Positions 61,308 to 64,000 of a DNA stretch of 64,000 bases are shown piece after piece. This stretch comes from Eledone cirrhosa (lineage: Eukaryota): NCBI GenBank assembly GCA_964016885.1, contig OZ024757.1, forward strand, positions 9,672,001 through 9,736,000. The letters are read 5' to 3'. The notes below the pieces were generated by a model, which saw only the letters and a program-made list of their open reading frames with translations, did not search any database and was not told the DNA's origin. Position numbers and translations under genes: made by a program. The first letter of the stretch is position 1; every line of letters starts with the position of its first letter.

Positions 61308-64000
61308 ACGAAGAGCAGGAGAAATCGTAGAAATGCTAGAGCGAAAGGAAATTGATGTATGCTGTGTGCAAGAGACTAGATGGAGAGGAGAGTCTGCCAG
61401 AGTCCTGGGAGGAAAAAGTGGGTGCTACAAATTTTTCTGGGTGGGAAATGACGATGGGATGGGTGGTGTAGGTATACTACTAGCTGACAAGTGGGTAGAT
61501 AAAGTAATCTCAGTGTACAGGGTAAATGCAAGAATCATTAAACTCAGACTAGTCCTGAATAAAACAATTACCACAATAATATCAGCTTACGCACCCCAAT
61601 CGGGGCTGCCAGACGAACTTAAGGATAGGTTTTACGAGTCCCTAATGCACACTACTGCTCTAACAGACGACAATGACTTCCTAATCATCGCAGGAGATTT
61701 TAAAGGACACGTAGGTAAACACTCCGACGGCTTCAATAGAGTACATGGAGGCCATGGGGTTGGCACAAGAAATGAGGAAGGATTCAGACTTCTAGAATTC
61801 TGCAACGCCAATGACATGTCGATATGTAACACAAACTTTAAAAAACCTGACAACCACCTGATCACCTATAGATCAGGGGAGCACTCCAGTCAGATAGATT
61901 TTATCCTCATCAGAGGACGTGACAGATGGACGGTCGTAAACACAAAAGCCTTCCCTATTGAGGAATGTACATCCCAACATAGCTTAGTTGTCAGCGACCT
62001 CATGGTCAGAACTAGACGAACCTGGAAACAGAGGCCAACCTGGAGAAGAAAGATCTGGAAGCTGAAAGTCCCCTCAACCAGTAACAGATTTAAAGATATT
62101 TTACTCAACGCCTACGACAGTAAAGAAGAACAGATACAGACATTTAATGTAGAAGAGAACTGGGAGTTCCTAAAAAATAAATTACTAGAGGCGACGGATG
62201 AGATCTGTGCCTGGAGTAAGACCTCAAGCAGGAGGAGAGTGACTTGGTGGTGGAACAATAAGGTAGATGAAGCAGTTAAGGCCAAGAGACAGGCATGGAA
62301 AGAATGGAAGAACGGGGGGAGCAGGGTACATTACATAGAGACCAAGAGGGAAGCTAGGCGACAAGTATACTTAGCTAGGATGGAAGCAGAGGATAGAAAA
62401 TTCAAGCATGTTTTGCAACGTGAGGACCAGAAACAGGAGGTATTCAAGATTGCGAGGCAGTGTGTCAGAGATAGTTGTGATGTTATTGGAGAGAAGTGTA
62501 TCCGGAATGATAAAGGTGAGCTTGCCCTCACAAGTGCTGAGAAGAAAGATGCATGGAAGAATCATTATGATAGATTACTAAATGAGGAGAATGCATGGGA
62601 AGAAGAGACCCTATCCCAAGTAGACCCTATAGAGGGACCAGCAGTACAAGTCAGCAGCAATGTACTAAGTAAGGCAATCGAAGATATGAAGATGGGGAAG
62701 GCAACCGGTCCATCGGGTATAGCTGCCGAGATGCTGAAGGCATCTGGGTCTGTAGGTCACACTATAACCACACGTATTGTTAACCAGGTAATACTAAAAG
62801 GTGTCATACCAAAAGATTGGTGCAGTAGCATCATTGTCAACTGCTACAAAGGTAAAGGCGATGCACTAGATAGAGGAAACTATAGAGGTATAAAGTTGAT
62901 GGACCAGATCATGAAAGTAACAGAAAGAGTTATAGCACAGTTGATTAGGGACCGGGTGGAAATAGACGAGATGCAATTTGGGTTTGTACCAGGAAGAGGC
63001 ACCAGTGATGCCCTTTTCCTTGTGAGGCAATTACAGGAAAAGTACCTAGCTAAAAGTAAGCCACTCTACTTGGCATTTGTCGACCTTGAGAAAGCCTTTG
63101 ACAGAGTTCCACCTGCTGTAATCTGGTGGGCTCTTAGAAAACTAGGAGTAGATGAATGAGTATAGCGAGGAATTTAACGTATAGGTTGGGGTCCACCAGG
63201 GCTCTGTTCTTAGCCCCTTCCTGTTCATCATATTCCTGCAGGCAATAATGGAGAAGTTTTAGACCGGATGCCCAAGGGAACTCCTGTATGCTGATGACCT
63301 CACACTCATAGCTGAATCTATGGTAGAACTAGAGAATAAATTCCAAACTTGGAAGCAGGGACTAGAAAGAAAGCGTCTCAAAGTCAACATGACAAAAACT
63401 AAGGTCCTTGTAAGTAGATGAGAAAACAGAACCCAGATCCCCTCAGGGAAATGGCCTTGCTCAGTATGTAGGAAAGGTGTAGGTAGGAACTCCATTCTCT
63501 GCCCCAAATGCAAACAAGGGGTACACAAGAGATGTAGCGGGATCTCAGGAAGCTTAATTAAGAATGTAGGCTTCACATGCAGCAGCTGTGCTGAGACAGC
63601 AAGCAGCAAACAGCCACAGGAAACAAGTACCACCAATCTCTGGGAGGGCTCTGTAGAAACAGTAGACAGCTTCTGCTACCTAGGTGACCAAATTAGCAGC
63701 GGAGGTAGGTGTCCAGAAAGTACAATAACTAGGGTAAGAACGGGATGGAAGAAGTTTAGGGAACTACTGCCACTGCTAGCTGCAAAAGGCTTCTCCCTCA
63801 GAATGAAAGGCAGACTGTATGATGCGTGTATCCGAACAGCAATGTTGCATGGTAGTGAGACCTGGGCGCTGAAGGTGGAAGACTTACGTAGATTAGAGAG
63901 AAACAAAGCCTGCATGCTCCGATGGATGTGTAACAGTAATATACGTGAACGACAAAGCATAAATGAATTGAGAGAGAGACTGAGCATAAGAGGAATCAAA
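61308..64000 (+). mobile_element. RTE LINE (subfamily D): APE endonuclease and RT, internal deletion near 63158, runs off the window
   Basis: 608-aa ORF 61333-63159 (VQETRW, YAPQSG, AGDFKGHVG, QIDFIL, QFGF, AFVDLEKAFD), then YADD and the PHD-like finger. Confidence 0.95.

Overview
This is AT-rich, repeat-dense eukaryotic DNA, most likely a coleoid cephalopod (octopus). That is inferred from the [17 protein letters not shown]-type C2H2 fingers, the SINE families and the long (TA)n tracts. The window is part of a C2H2 zinc-finger gene cluster. It holds one poly-finger locus (minus strand, 44017-46454, damaged at its 5' end), one finger pseudogene (~22.4-23.0 kb) and an 80-bp satellite derived from a finger codon repeat (26.4-28.8 kb). 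The rest is about 20 decayed RTE-clade LINE copies or fragments (several subfamilies, with a PHD-type C4HC3 finger behind the RT core), three tRNA-SINE families, a hAT element, a DD37D mariner-like element, tandem repeats and a 200-N gap. The strongest signal the ORF track misses is a set of small non-coding islands inside (TA)n tracts that carry minimal type-I hammerhead ribozyme motifs and/or fold-back palindromes. One hammerhead is textbook-perfect (12329-12373) and sits in a 466-bp direct-repeat unit. A truncated Penelope-like GIY-YIG element at 47.9-49.2 kb has the same hammerhead plus inverted-end layout. This suggests a microsatellite-targeting Penelope/retrozyme-like system. All calls are by eye; no database searches were run.
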